DNA of 64,000 nucleotides from Fidelibacterota bacterium (lineage in GTDB: Bacteria; Fidelibacterota; Marinisomatia; Marinisomatales; TCS55). The notes beneath the pieces were generated by a model. The model did no database searches and was not told the origin of the DNA. It saw nothing but the letters and a program-made list of their open reading frames with translations. A program made the translations under genes and the position numbers. How positions within the stretch are numbered: the stretch's first letter is position 1; every line of letters starts with the position of its first letter. Positions 20,343-30,226 of this stretch are shown here, one piece after another. Location: positions 12,457 to 76,456 of the forward strand of contig JAPYOT010000001.1 of assembly GCA_029938045.1 (NCBI GenBank), in the 5' to 3' direction.

Positions 20343-21100
20343 TTTTCATTAGATAGTTTGTCAAAAATGTCCTTTAAATCTAAAATGCTCACCACCAAAT
20401 CTACTTGAATTGTTTGATCCAAGACTGTGCCCGGTGCAATGGACTGATCTAAAACTGTATAGGGAACTAAATCTTCATTTTGCTTATAGGATATTTTTCC
20501 CACTTTTAATCGTGCTTTTGTTAATAAAGCCTTTGCATTTTGCATACTCATTCCAAATAACTGAGGAACCTGGAAAAAATCCGGTGGCAATCCTTGGCTA
20601 ACGGTAATTTGAAGACCCATACCTTTTTTTATATGATCACCCGATTTGGGAAATTGCCATGCAACAGTCCCTTTGGGATAATCAGGATTGAATTCGGTAT
20701 ATACAGTATCAATTCTAAGACCAATTTGTTGTAGGGATATTTCTACACTTCTTCGAGATTGCCCAACTAAATTGGGGACGATTATTAATTTTTCTGATCT
20801 GGAAATTTTTAATCGAATTGTTCGCCCCGGTTTTACTTTCGCACCTGCTACGGGATATTGATCTACTACAGTTTGGGGATTAACATCAGCTGTATAAACG
20901 GTATCGTATACCACACCTTTATATCCTTCAGTTTCCAATTCAATAAGGGCCCGGTTTAGATCTTTTCCTGTTATATCGGTCACAATTAAAGTCTTATCCT
21001 GGCGGACATAAGATGGCATGATAAACCAGTCAAATATTAAAATTAATGCAAGAGATACGATTCCAAAAGCAATTAAAAATTGTATAATTTTATTCATCAT
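20339..21100 (-). CDS. Membrane-anchored stand-alone PASTA-domain protein (three PASTA repeats)
   Basis: N-terminal TM helix, then three ~65-aa repeats starting VTDITGKDL.., VPNLVGQSRRSVEISLQQIGLRI.. and VPQLFGMSMQNAKALLTKARLKVG.. There is no kinase or transpeptidase domain. Confidence 0.8.
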   Translation of the reverse strand: MMNKIIQFLIAFGIVSLALILIFDWFIMPSYVRQDKTLIVTDITGKDLNRALIELETEGYKGVVYDTVYTADVNPQTVVDQYPVAGAKVKPGRTIRLKISRSEKLIIVPNLVGQSRRSVEISLQQIGLRIDTVYTEFNPDYPKGTVAWQFPKSGDHIKKGMGLQITVSQGLPPDFFQVPQLFGMSMQNAKALLTKARLKVGKISYKQNEDLVPYTVLDQSIAPGTVLDQTIQVDLVVSILDLKDIFDKLSNEK

Positions 21101-22403
21101 TTTTTCTTATTCGAGCAGCAAACATGCCATCAACTTTATCTCGAGGGGGAAACGTTTCCAAACATTTTTGTGCATTCAGCCAGTTATTGGGTACCAGATC
21201 TTTTCCAGAATCAATACAGAAATTATCATCTAATTTAAGAAACCACTTTACCACATTCCAATTCTCTTCCATTTCCAGCGAGCAGGTAGCATAAACCATG
21301 ACGCCTCCCGGCTTTAAGAATTTAGCCATGTGAGCGATGATTGATTTTTGAATTATTACCATGGATTCCACATCTTCTTTCTCCCGCCGCCACCGTATAT
21401 CTGTGCGTCTGCCCATCACGCCAGTGCCCGTACAGGGTGCATCAATTAAAATTCGATCAGCCATGGGAAAGTCATCTTCGCTCGCATCTTTTCTTTTCCA
21501 TTGAATGGGCCATTTTAATTCATTTGACCTTTTTTCTCCAGTCAGCATTCGGACTTGACTAGCATCTGATGCAAATATTTTACCTTCATTTTTTATTTTT
21601 TCAACGATATAACCGGATTTTGTTCCTGGCGCTGCACAAACATCTAAAACAATATCGCCCGGTTGTGGATCTAATAATTCGACTACCGCACCGGAAGCAC
21701 GATCCTGGACATGAATTAATCCTTTTGTAAATAATTCACTTTTGATCACATTTCGCAAACCGGAATCCACCCGGATGAAACAATCGGATTCAGGGCTTTG
21801 GATCGTTTCAATATCTAATTTATCCAATTGACTTAAAATCGTATTTTTAGACTCCGTCATACAATTCAATCTTAAGTCAATATGAGAAGGCATATTTAGA
21901 TATTCACATAATTCAATGGTTTTATCCTCGCCAAATTGATGAATCCATTTGTCAATTATCCAGGCCGGATAGGAATACCATGCAGAAAGAGATTGTTTTT
22001 TATCTTTTTGATTAGGATCAATATTATTAGTTTTCCGCAAGAGTGCATTTACCAAACCACTAAACTTTTTCCCTAACTCTTTTTTGGTGAATTCTACCCA
22101 TGAATGCACAGCCGCATGCTGTGGAACAAATTCATCCATCAATGCTTCGAAAAACCCTATTCTCAAAATAATGTGTACAGATGGATGCAGCTTATGCATC
22201 GGTTTATCTAAAAATAAATTGATCCAATAATCCAATCGCCCTTGCCAGCGAACCACTTCATTCGTTAATACCAATGATCTCGAAATGTCCTGTTGATGTA
22301 ATTTATTATTTTTATAATATTGATCACGCACAGACTTTAATCGATTATTGGATCGATAATATTTTTTTAAGATTTGAAATGCATGATAGCGAGCGTCTTT
22401 CAT
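21090..22403 (-). CDS. rsmB: 16S rRNA (cytosine967-C5)-methyltransferase RsmB/Sun
   Basis: NusB-like N-terminus, SAM motif LDVCAAPGTKS, catalytic DAPCTGTG and TCS motifs. Conserved def-fmt-rsmB synteny. Confidence 0.9.
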   Translation of the reverse strand: MKDARYHAFQILKKYYRSNNRLKSVRDQYYKNNKLHQQDISRSLVLTNEVVRWQGRLDYWINLFLDKPMHKLHPSVHIILRIGFFEALMDEFVPQHAAVHSWVEFTKKELGKKFSGLVNALLRKTNNIDPNQKDKKQSLSAWYSYPAWIIDKWIHQFGEDKTIELCEYLNMPSHIDLRLNCMTESKNTILSQLDKLDIETIQSPESDCFIRVDSGLRNVIKSELFTKGLIHVQDRASGAVVELLDPQPGDIVLDVCAAPGTKSGYIVEKIKNEGKIFASDASQVRMLTGEKRSNELKWPIQWKRKDASEDDFPMADRILIDAPCTGTGVMGRRTDIRWRREKEDVESMVIIQKSIIAHMAKFLKPGGVMVYATCSLEMEENWNVVKWFLKLDDNFCIDSGKDLVPNNWLNAQKCLETFPPRDKVDGMFAARIRKNDE

Positions 22404-22405
22404 CT

Positions 22406-23332
22406 CTACCCCATAGGGTCCCCCAATCTGACATGAAAACCTCTAAGGCAATCAGCCATATCCATTTTTCGTTTTCCCTCAAGATGAACTTCCATTAGTT
22501 CTAATTGACCGTCAAAACAAGAAATTGCCATTTTGTTTTTCTCCAATAATGAAATGTGTCCTGGTGGAAATGTACTTTTTTGATTGATGAGAATTGTTTG
22601 AAATATCTTTAACCTTTTTCCCATCAGGATTGTAAAAGCCCCTGGAGAAGGAGATAATGCTCTAACCTTATTATGAATATTTTCCATAGAATCAGACCAA
22701 TCAATTTTACACATTTCTTTGGATATTTTGGGTGCAACAGTCGCAAGATCATTGTCTTGAAGTTTTGGTTCGACCTCTCCGTTCTCCAATAAATTTAACG
22801 TTTTGAGAATAATTTTTGCCCCTTTCTTTGCCATTTTTACTGTGAGAGATCCACAATTATCTTCATCACTAATTTTAATTTTATCCTGTAAAATAATTGA
22901 TCCTGTATCCACCTTAGGTTCTATTAGAAAAGTTGTAATCCCTGTCTCTTTATCTCCATTCAACAATGCATGTTGAATGGGTGCTGCCCCTCTATATGCT
23001 GGTAAAAGTGATGTATGAATATTTACAGAACCCATGGTGGGGATATCTAAAATTTCCTTTGGTAAAATTCTGAAAGCAACCACCACAAACAAATCAGGGT
23101 TTAATGCCTTTAATTTGGTCTGAAATGACGCGTCATTTAGAGATTCAGCAGGAATGTAATTGAGCTGTAATTCAAAGGCTAATTCACCAACGGCAGTATG
23201 TTTTAATGTGCGTCCCCGACCCATGGGTTTAGGTGCATTGCTTACAACACCCAATATTTGATGTTTTGACTCGTGGAGTCCAATCAGTATTGGATTGGCA
23301 ATCATGGGATTGCCCATAAAAACTATATTCAT
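22406..23332 (-). CDS. fmt: Methionyl-tRNA formyltransferase
   Basis: NIHTSLLPAYRGAAPIQHAL hallmark motif. 308 aa. Adjacent to def. Confidence 0.93.
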   Translation of the reverse strand: MNIVFMGNPMIANPILIGLHESKHQILGVVSNAPKPMGRGRTLKHTAVGELAFELQLNYIPAESLNDASFQTKLKALNPDLFVVVAFRILPKEILDIPTMGSVNIHTSLLPAYRGAAPIQHALLNGDKETGITTFLIEPKVDTGSIILQDKIKISDEDNCGSLTVKMAKKGAKIILKTLNLLENGEVEPKLQDNDLATVAPKISKEMCKIDWSDSMENIHNKVRALSPSPGAFTILMGKRLKIFQTILINQKSTFPPGHISLLEKNKMAISCFDGQLELMEVHLEGKRKMDMADCLRGFHVRLGDPMG

Positions 23333-23374
23333 AATTCGGTTCCTTTGGAGTAAATCAGGAAGTCTGAATTAATA

Positions 23375-23917
23375 TTAAAGAACAAATGCCTTTCGGGTTT
23401 TCGAACGAATAACGGCCCCCTGTGCTATCATTTTTAAATCATTCTCAACAGTCATTTTTACGGTTTTTGTAACGCGGTCCACAATAAATACTCCCTTAAG
23501 ATGGTCAATTTCATGCTGAATTGCTCGAGCTAAAAGGCCACCCATTTCTTCAATATGTTCGGTTCCGTTTTCATCTCGATACTTAAATTGAATAAACTCT
23601 GGCCGTTTTACTTCTAATCGAACATTCGGAATGGATAAACATCCTTCTTCAAACCAAGACTCTCCACTGCTTTCCATAATCTCACCATTGATAAAGATAT
23701 GAACACTTTCTGTTTCTTCCTCAATACCAGATATATCAATAATGAAGAGATTTAAATCGACACCAATTTGATTGGCAGCCAGACCGACACCACTTTCTTC
23801 ATACATCGTATCAAACATGTCATCGATTAATGATGATAGTTTTTTAAAATCTTTTACGGGTTTGCATACTTTCCGAAGTATGGGATCCCCATAATGAACA
23901 ACTTCTCTTACAGCCAT
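23375..23917 (-). CDS. def: Peptide deformylase
   Basis: The three PDF motifs are present: GVGLAANQIG, EGCLSIP and QHEIDHLKG. Confidence 0.95.
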   Translation of the reverse strand: MAVREVVHYGDPILRKVCKPVKDFKKLSSLIDDMFDTMYEESGVGLAANQIGVDLNLFIIDISGIEEETESVHIFINGEIMESSGESWFEEGCLSIPNVRLEVKRPEFIQFKYRDENGTEHIEEMGGLLARAIQHEIDHLKGVFIVDRVTKTVKMTVENDLKMIAQGAVIRSKTRKAFVL

Positions 23918-24267
23918 TAATTCTGAGTCTCAATCACTTCTGTCTCTGAATCATCTACCGAACCCACTTGTCCGGCAATTGCAGATCTGTTGACTGTCAT
24001 ATTTGTGTTTTTATCCACTTTCAGGATAACTGATTTTTTTTCTTTGCCTTTAAATCCTGCAATAGTGCCATGGATACCGCCAATAGTCACGACGTGACTT
24101 CCTTTTTTTAAGTCTTCCAACATTTTTTGTTTTACTTTTTGACGCTTTGCCTGTGGGCGAATCATCAATAAGTAAATAATGGCCAATATAATGACCATGG
24201 GTAAAAAAGTTAAAAAACCGCCACCTTGAGCACCTTGTCCACCAGCAAATAATTGTATGAAATTCAA
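23917..24267 (-). CDS. yajC: Preprotein translocase subunit YajC
   Basis: Single TM helix followed by LMIRPQAKRQK..L..GD.VVT.GGIHG.I, the YajC consensus. Confidence 0.85.
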   Translation of the reverse strand: MNFIQLFAGGQGAQGGGFLTFLPMVIILAIIYLLMIRPQAKRQKVKQKMLEDLKKGSHVVTIGGIHGTIAGFKGKEKKSVILKVDKNTNMTVNRSAIAGQVGSVDDSETEVIETQN

Positions 24268-24325
24268 TTGTTTCTCCTATTTTTTGAACAGTAAAATTAC
24301 CGCGGAAATACGAATTTATTAAAAG

Positions 24326-25501
24326 TTAAACAGACTTTTTCAGACAAATTTCAAATGTAGTCCCTTTGCCGATTTCACTTTGAATTACTTTGATTTCTCC
24401 ACGATGAATTTCACCTACAATGCGGTTGACCAACGAGAGACCAAGCCCCCATCCTCTTTCTTTAGTACTAAACCCTGGCCGGAATATATTTTTCCAATCT
24501 TTTTTCCGTATCCCCGACCCATTATCTTTTAACTGGATTATTCCACTATTATCATCTGAATATATCAATATTTCTACTGTTCCCTTTTCGCCTTTTATTG
24601 AGTCAATGCCATTGCGGATCACATTTTCTATAGCCCATCCAAGGAGGGTTTCATTGCCTTCAATAAAAATTTCCTCTGAAGATGTAACCGTTAGTTCAAT
24701 TTCTTTTCCCAATGATGGCATTCGTTTTTTTAAATATTCCGTTTGCCGATTAACCAATTCTTTTAGGGAAATACTATTTAAATCGGTTTGACTACCCATT
24801 TTACTAAATCGGGTTCCAATTTGATTCAACCGTTCTAAATCAGATTCCATTTCTTGGACAACATGGGACGATTCTTCTGGATGACGCTTTATTCGATCAA
24901 CCCATCCCATCAATGCTGAAACAGGTGTACCCAGTTGATGAGCTGTTTCTCTGGCCATCCCAACCCATATATTACGTTTTTCGCTGTTTCGAATGGAGTT
25001 AAATCCCATGAATCCAATGAAAATAAACATGGCTACTACACCGATTTCCAGATAAGGCAGCCATTGCAGTTTCCTAATAAGATCTGAATCACCATAATGT
25101 AAAAACCCTAATGGAATAGACTGTCCTAATATTTGATCATGGTATGAGATAGGAATTGGATCATTCTGTCGATCCATGGCACCCATGGGTTTCTTGAGCT
25201 GATCCGGTGATTCAATACCTGAAATGTTCCTCGAATAGATAGGTACATTTTTGGCATCGGAGTAAATAATGGGAAATTGTACTTTTTTGATAATTTCGTC
25301 AAAAACAAAATTTAAATTAGTATCCGAATCCTCATTGACTGTTTTTGCAATTATTTCTGAATATAGTTTTACAATATCTCGATTGTCATTCCTTAAACGA
25401 TTTACAATTGTATTTGAATAACCCAATAGGCCGATGATGAGAATCAATCCAACAAAAAATAGTCCAACTTTTATATTATTGTTATTACGGTAGCTATTCA
25501 T
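24326..25501 (-). CDS. Orphan sensor histidine kinase (two TM helices, periplasmic loop, HisKA + HATPase_c)
   Basis: H-box ETAHQLGTPVSAL, N-box NVIRNGIDS, G1 DNGSGI, G2 GWGLGLS. I chose the start at MNSYRNNNN..VGLFFVGLILIIG, just after the upstream stop. No response regulator is adjacent. Confidence 0.85.
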   Translation of the reverse strand: MNSYRNNNNIKVGLFFVGLILIIGLLGYSNTIVNRLRNDNRDIVKLYSEIIAKTVNEDSDTNLNFVFDEIIKKVQFPIIYSDAKNVPIYSRNISGIESPDQLKKPMGAMDRQNDPIPISYHDQILGQSIPLGFLHYGDSDLIRKLQWLPYLEIGVVAMFIFIGFMGFNSIRNSEKRNIWVGMARETAHQLGTPVSALMGWVDRIKRHPEESSHVVQEMESDLERLNQIGTRFSKMGSQTDLNSISLKELVNRQTEYLKKRMPSLGKEIELTVTSSEEIFIEGNETLLGWAIENVIRNGIDSIKGEKGTVEILIYSDDNSGIIQLKDNGSGIRKKDWKNIFRPGFSTKERGWGLGLSLVNRIVGEIHRGEIKVIQSEIGKGTTFEICLKKSV

Positions 25502-27848
25502 CTTTCTTTCGCCTGACATATCCAAACCCAATCAGTCCAAGGGATAAACCAAAGGATGTAAAAGAAATAGTCAGTCCCTTTTTGAAGGAGGATTTATCAT
25601 AAATAATATCAATTGTATGATTCCCAGCTGGGACCTCAACACCACGCAGTATTCCATTCACTTTATGCGTTTGAATTTCTTTACCATCCATCATCGCTTT
25701 CCACCGAAGAGGATAATACACTTCACTTAATACCAAAAATTGGTTCCCTTCAGATTCTGTAGAAATAGTAAATCGATGCACTGTTCGATCAAATTGAGTA
25801 ATAGTCGCCATTGAGTTTTCGGAAATATCGATTTGTTCACTGATATATGCCGTTTTTCTCGGATCAAAATCCGGTTGAATTATTTTTTTCCAAATAGTAT
25901 CATATGGTACTGATTGAGCTTCACGAACAAACCAAACACGGGGCAAAGAGTTCTCAAGTTCGAATACAGCAACGGGCATTTCCCCGCGGGTTGACCTCAT
26001 TTTCCCTTCTTTAACCAATTTTAGTGATGGATGGTTTATCTTCTGTGGACTAATAAGATATTTTACATTTAACATTTGCAGAACAGGAATCGCAGCAGCA
26101 TTCCCAGTTTTGGATAAGAATGTATTGTAACCCTTTAACTTTGCCGGGTGATATCCTCCCACCGATTCTAATCCGAAAGCCGCAAAACGACTTTCACCAA
26201 ACAAACTGCCAATGGGATAGATTCTAAAAATACTATCGTCATCTTTTAAGAATTGAATGATATCGTCTTCTTTGAAAAAGCGATCAACAACACGTTTGGA
26301 CATCAGTTGTGATCCTCGCCCACTGGAACGATTCGGTTGAATAATTTTAAAATTAACAATTCCAATATCAACGATCGCTAAGGAAACTGTTACCGCCATC
26401 AACATCGCTTGAGATACTTTACGATTAATCCAAAGCCAAATAAGCACCATGAGTGAGCCTGAAAATAGAATCATTAACCAGGCATCATTTAACCACAAAT
26501 TCCATCGAAGATTATTCAAAGCTTGTGCTGCACGTGGTTCCTGTATCAGAGGCGGAGAAAAACTTCCCCTTACGGCTGATCCAATGGCAGTTCCGCCCAA
26601 CACCATTCCAATGAAAAACACCCCTATGACACCAGCCATTCCCCAAAACCATTTAGGGATTTTACCTTCTTTTAATTTCACCAATTCATCCAACCCAAAA
26701 GCGGCTAAAACAGCCACATTAAATTGAAGTAAAATGAGTATCATATGGGGAACACGAAACTTATTAAAGTATGGAAAAATGTTAAAAAATAGGTCGTAAA
26801 CCAAACTGAAATGTTTCCCGAATGAAATAAATAAGGCAAATGCCGATGTGATCACTAAAAATTGATGAATCAATTCCCATTTTCGAAAAAGACCTATTAT
26901 TGCTAACAATAGAATAATAATACCCATATAATTTGGATAATCCGTGAATGGCATAAATCCCCAGTAAGGTTGACCGCCGAATCCAAAGGCAGAAGGAATA
27001 AAAAATGTCAGTATTTCTTTCGGATGGAATGACCACCCAGTGGCATAATTATAGTCCGCGCCGCCACCCGCTGAACCACCTCGTACAGAAAACGGAGTAT
27101 ATTCCATGGCCGGTAAATAAATCAATAAAGACAGTCCCACACCCAGAATACAGGCAAAAACAAATAATCCAAATCCTTTCCCCAATATGGAGCGATCTCC
27201 CTTGATCCGAATTCCATTGATCAAAATGAGTAAACTATAAGCACCAATTAACATCCACGTATAATATGCTATTTGTGCATGGGCACGTTGAAGTTGAAAT
27301 CCGAGCAGCAAGGCCAACCACCCCATATTCCAAGTACTCGGATTTTGCCACAATCGCACCGTAAACCATAAAATCCATGGGATATAGGCTGCTGTCATCA
27401 TTTGGCTTCCATGGCCAAATACAACCATAGTTACCATGTACGGTGTTATCATGAATGCAGCGGCACCAAGTCCAGCGGCCCATTCAGAACATTTAAAATG
27501 GCGCAATAATAAGAATCCACCGATGCCTGCAAATAATAAATGGAGGAGTTGAATCATTATTCCTGGGAGGAAAAACAGTTTAAATAAATATTCCGGGAAA
27601 TATAGCTTTGATAAACTGGTGAATGCTTCTCCGGTTGGCATGCCGCTGAAAACCCATGGCTGCCATTGTGGTAGTTCACCTGATGTATCCGAAAGTTCAT
27701 TTAATGCGATCCCTATAGCCTTGGGGCTTAAACTGTCGGGAGAGCCAAACGTTTTACCGCCAAAAATAACCGGTTCGAATAATATGGCAATAATAATAAA
27801 CATCAGGCCAGTTGCAATTACTACAGGTCGTTTCCAATCTAATTTCAT
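25494..27848 (-). CDS. YfhO-family polytopic membrane protein (GT-C-type extracytoplasmic glycosyltransferase candidate)
   Basis: 784 aa with more than 12 TM helices and a C-terminal soluble domain ending in a final TM helix. The N-terminal segment ELPQWQPWVFSGMPTGEAF resembles the YfhO PLWNPY.F.GMP motif. Confidence 0.65.
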   Translation of the reverse strand: MKLDWKRPVVIATGLMFIIIAILFEPVIFGGKTFGSPDSLSPKAIGIALNELSDTSGELPQWQPWVFSGMPTGEAFTSLSKLYFPEYLFKLFFLPGIMIQLLHLLFAGIGGFLLLRHFKCSEWAAGLGAAAFMITPYMVTMVVFGHGSQMMTAAYIPWILWFTVRLWQNPSTWNMGWLALLLGFQLQRAHAQIAYYTWMLIGAYSLLILINGIRIKGDRSILGKGFGLFVFACILGVGLSLLIYLPAMEYTPFSVRGGSAGGGADYNYATGWSFHPKEILTFFIPSAFGFGGQPYWGFMPFTDYPNYMGIIILLLAIIGLFRKWELIHQFLVITSAFALFISFGKHFSLVYDLFFNIFPYFNKFRVPHMILILLQFNVAVLAAFGLDELVKLKEGKIPKWFWGMAGVIGVFFIGMVLGGTAIGSAVRGSFSPPLIQEPRAAQALNNLRWNLWLNDAWLMILFSGSLMVLIWLWINRKVSQAMLMAVTVSLAIVDIGIVNFKIIQPNRSSGRGSQLMSKRVVDRFFKEDDIIQFLKDDDSIFRIYPIGSLFGESRFAAFGLESVGGYHPAKLKGYNTFLSKTGNAAAIPVLQMLNVKYLISPQKINHPSLKLVKEGKMRSTRGEMPVAVFELENSLPRVWFVREAQSVPYDTIWKKIIQPDFDPRKTAYISEQIDISENSMATITQFDRTVHRFTISTESEGNQFLVLSEVYYPLRWKAMMDGKEIQTHKVNGILRGVEVPAGNHTIDIIYDKSSFKKGLTISFTSFGLSLGLIGFGYVRRKKDE

Positions 27849-27851
27849 TTT

Positions 27852-29345
27852 TTATTTTCGTCCTTTTAAGACTTTAAGTCCTTTTAAAAAATCTAAATCT
27901 TCCTCTTCAACTTTTAAGATCCACAGAATGAATCCATAAACTCCAACGGAGAATATTCCTGCCAATATTAAGGTAATCAACGTATGGAATGGCATAATGA
28001 AATCTTTAATGAAAAATAGTCCGGTAAAAACGATTAATCCAGCCAAAATGGGCTTAATCACTTTTCGGTCTATGAAGTTCATCCTCAAAATTATTTGCAC
28101 TTCAATAATTCGTGCAAATCCCAGTATAGTCAGGGAAATTAAAGTAGCTATCGCAGCACCTACGATACCATACTTTGGAATGAGAAATATATTTAAACCA
28201 AAATTAAGTCCAAATGCCCCAATGGTATTCCACAATACCAATTTTGTATGCCCAGACATACTTAATGCCGGTCCCGCTGCTCCAAGCACAGCTTGGATAA
28301 ATGTGGCACCTGTCAAAATAACCAATATTTTTGCACTGGGCAAATACTCCGGTCCAAACAATAACAACACTTTACCGGGGAAAATGATAAATACTGCAGA
28401 AATCGGAATGGCACATATCAATAGCCAACGGCTCACCAATTTATAAGTATGGTCCATCTTTTTCCGGGCACCCTCCCCATGGAATTGGGCCATCATTGGG
28501 GCATAAATACTAATAAATGAAAGCAGTAAAGCCTGGAGTAATCCGGCCGTACGCGCTGCGGGATGATACAATCCCACAGTGGTTGCATCCGTAAAATACC
28601 CTAACATGAGAATATCCATCCAATGCATGAATGTTTGGAGGATTATTACAAACATTAGGGGATAAGAATATTTTAATAGAGATGTGTCAAATTTTGATTT
28701 CACGATTTGATTATTGGTTACACCGGAAACCCTCTTCAATACACTTATCATAACAAAAAATCCGATGATGCCCGTAATAAGTAAGGGCGCCATGACCGCA
28801 GATTCTGCAGAAAAAAACCAATAACACACCACCATACTACCCAAAAGGATGGTCGGATTTAAAAACTGTGTGACCAACGTTTTATACTTGAGTCGTTTAT
28901 ACCCCTGAGTTGCAAAGGCAGAAACAAGCGTTAATGCATTAAATGGAATTGCAATGGCAAATACAATAATTACCGATATTAATAGAGGAGGTTCATTTAG
29001 GATTTGAGTCACGATGAATCCTGAGGAAATGATGAGTACTATCATAATGATTAACGAAAATGTGATCGTCATTTTCAGAGTTGAAGCGATCAACTTTTGA
29101 ATTTTTTCCGAATCTGAATCCGGGTTCAACCGGCTCACAAATCGCATAATTCCAGTCTCCAGCCCCATCTTTCCCAATACCTCAGAAATCAGCATGATGG
29201 CATTCGCCATGGAGTAGATTCCAAGAAATTCTGCTCCAACCCAACGGGCTAAAAGTGCCGTATATAAATATCGGTTCACATTCCCGTACACCAAACCTGA
29301 GAATGTAATGGTGGCTTCTTTGGCTATTTTACTGGCGGTATTCAT
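27852..29345 (-). CDS. MOP-superfamily oligosaccharide flippase (Wzx-like)
   Basis: 497 aa with ~14 TM helices and a polysaccharide-biosynthesis-protein-like N-terminus (ASKIAKEATITFSGLVYGNVNRYLYTALLARWVG). It is embedded in a glycosyltransferase cluster. Confidence 0.8.
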   Translation of the reverse strand: MNTASKIAKEATITFSGLVYGNVNRYLYTALLARWVGAEFLGIYSMANAIMLISEVLGKMGLETGIMRFVSRLNPDSDSEKIQKLIASTLKMTITFSLIIMIVLIISSGFIVTQILNEPPLLISVIIVFAIAIPFNALTLVSAFATQGYKRLKYKTLVTQFLNPTILLGSMVVCYWFFSAESAVMAPLLITGIIGFFVMISVLKRVSGVTNNQIVKSKFDTSLLKYSYPLMFVIILQTFMHWMDILMLGYFTDATTVGLYHPAARTAGLLQALLLSFISIYAPMMAQFHGEGARKKMDHTYKLVSRWLLICAIPISAVFIIFPGKVLLLFGPEYLPSAKILVILTGATFIQAVLGAAGPALSMSGHTKLVLWNTIGAFGLNFGLNIFLIPKYGIVGAAIATLISLTILGFARIIEVQIILRMNFIDRKVIKPILAGLIVFTGLFFIKDFIMPFHTLITLILAGIFSVGVYGFILWILKVEEEDLDFLKGLKVLKGRK

Positions 29346-30226
29346 CGGGATAAAGTTATTCTAAGCCCTTTCAAAAATCCATACCAACACCAGAAAATCG
29401 CAGTTATTCCATGTTTTTTTCTTAATAGATCCTTAAGAGCAACACCATTTAAATAAAATAATCCAGGTATCATATTTTTAATCATTCCATGCTTTCTCAT
29501 AAAGTATACTGTGTTATGTGCCCGGAAATACATGCCTTTGGAGGCTGAATCAGATCTCGTCCCTCCTGTTGGTATTCTTAAATGTTCAATCGTAGGCATC
29601 GGAGAATACCAAATTTTCCCACCATTTTCTCTAATGGTATATCCAAAATCCCCATCTTCTAACATTGCATTTCCAATAAAATTTTTATCAAATCCACCTA
29701 TGTCCAAAAACTTGGATCTTTTTACAGCAAAATTTCCGCCGGCAGCCCATTCACAATCACCACTCTCATCGGAAACAAAATTTTTGAGTGTTTTCCCATA
29801 CCAGGTAATCCATCCACCAACGATGGATTCGTTCTCCTTAAACATATCAGTATTTTTTTCAATCACTTTTCCTCCAAAACACCAAATTTTTTGATCTGCA
29901 GATTTGAAAAGATCCATATATGATTGAACTAAATTACTATCGGGAATACTATCATCATCAATGAAAACCAGAATGTCTCCTTTTGCATTTTCAGCACCAA
30001 CATTGCGTGCATTAGGCAATCCAGTTTCCATTATTTTTAAATACTTATACTCAAATATATCATTTTTAAAATTTTCAAGATTGCTATCTTTTTCTATTGT
30101 TTGATCAACAATGATTACTTCAAACCCAGAGATGGATTGCCCTGTAATATATTGGAGAGTCTGGAAGACAATTTCCTGACGATTATAGGTGGGTATAATA
30201 AGGGAAACTTGATTTAGGGGTAACAT
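29342..30226 (-). CDS. Glycosyltransferase family 2
   Basis: GT-A signature SLIIPTYNRQE..; DxD-type FIDDDS. Confidence 0.85.
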   Translation of the reverse strand: MLPLNQVSLIIPTYNRQEIVFQTLQYITGQSISGFEVIIVDQTIEKDSNLENFKNDIFEYKYLKIMETGLPNARNVGAENAKGDILVFIDDDSIPDSNLVQSYMDLFKSADQKIWCFGGKVIEKNTDMFKENESIVGGWITWYGKTLKNFVSDESGDCEWAAGGNFAVKRSKFLDIGGFDKNFIGNAMLEDGDFGYTIRENGGKIWYSPMPTIEHLRIPTGGTRSDSASKGMYFRAHNTVYFMRKHGMIKNMIPGLFYLNGVALKDLLRKKHGITAIFWCWYGFLKGLRITLSR

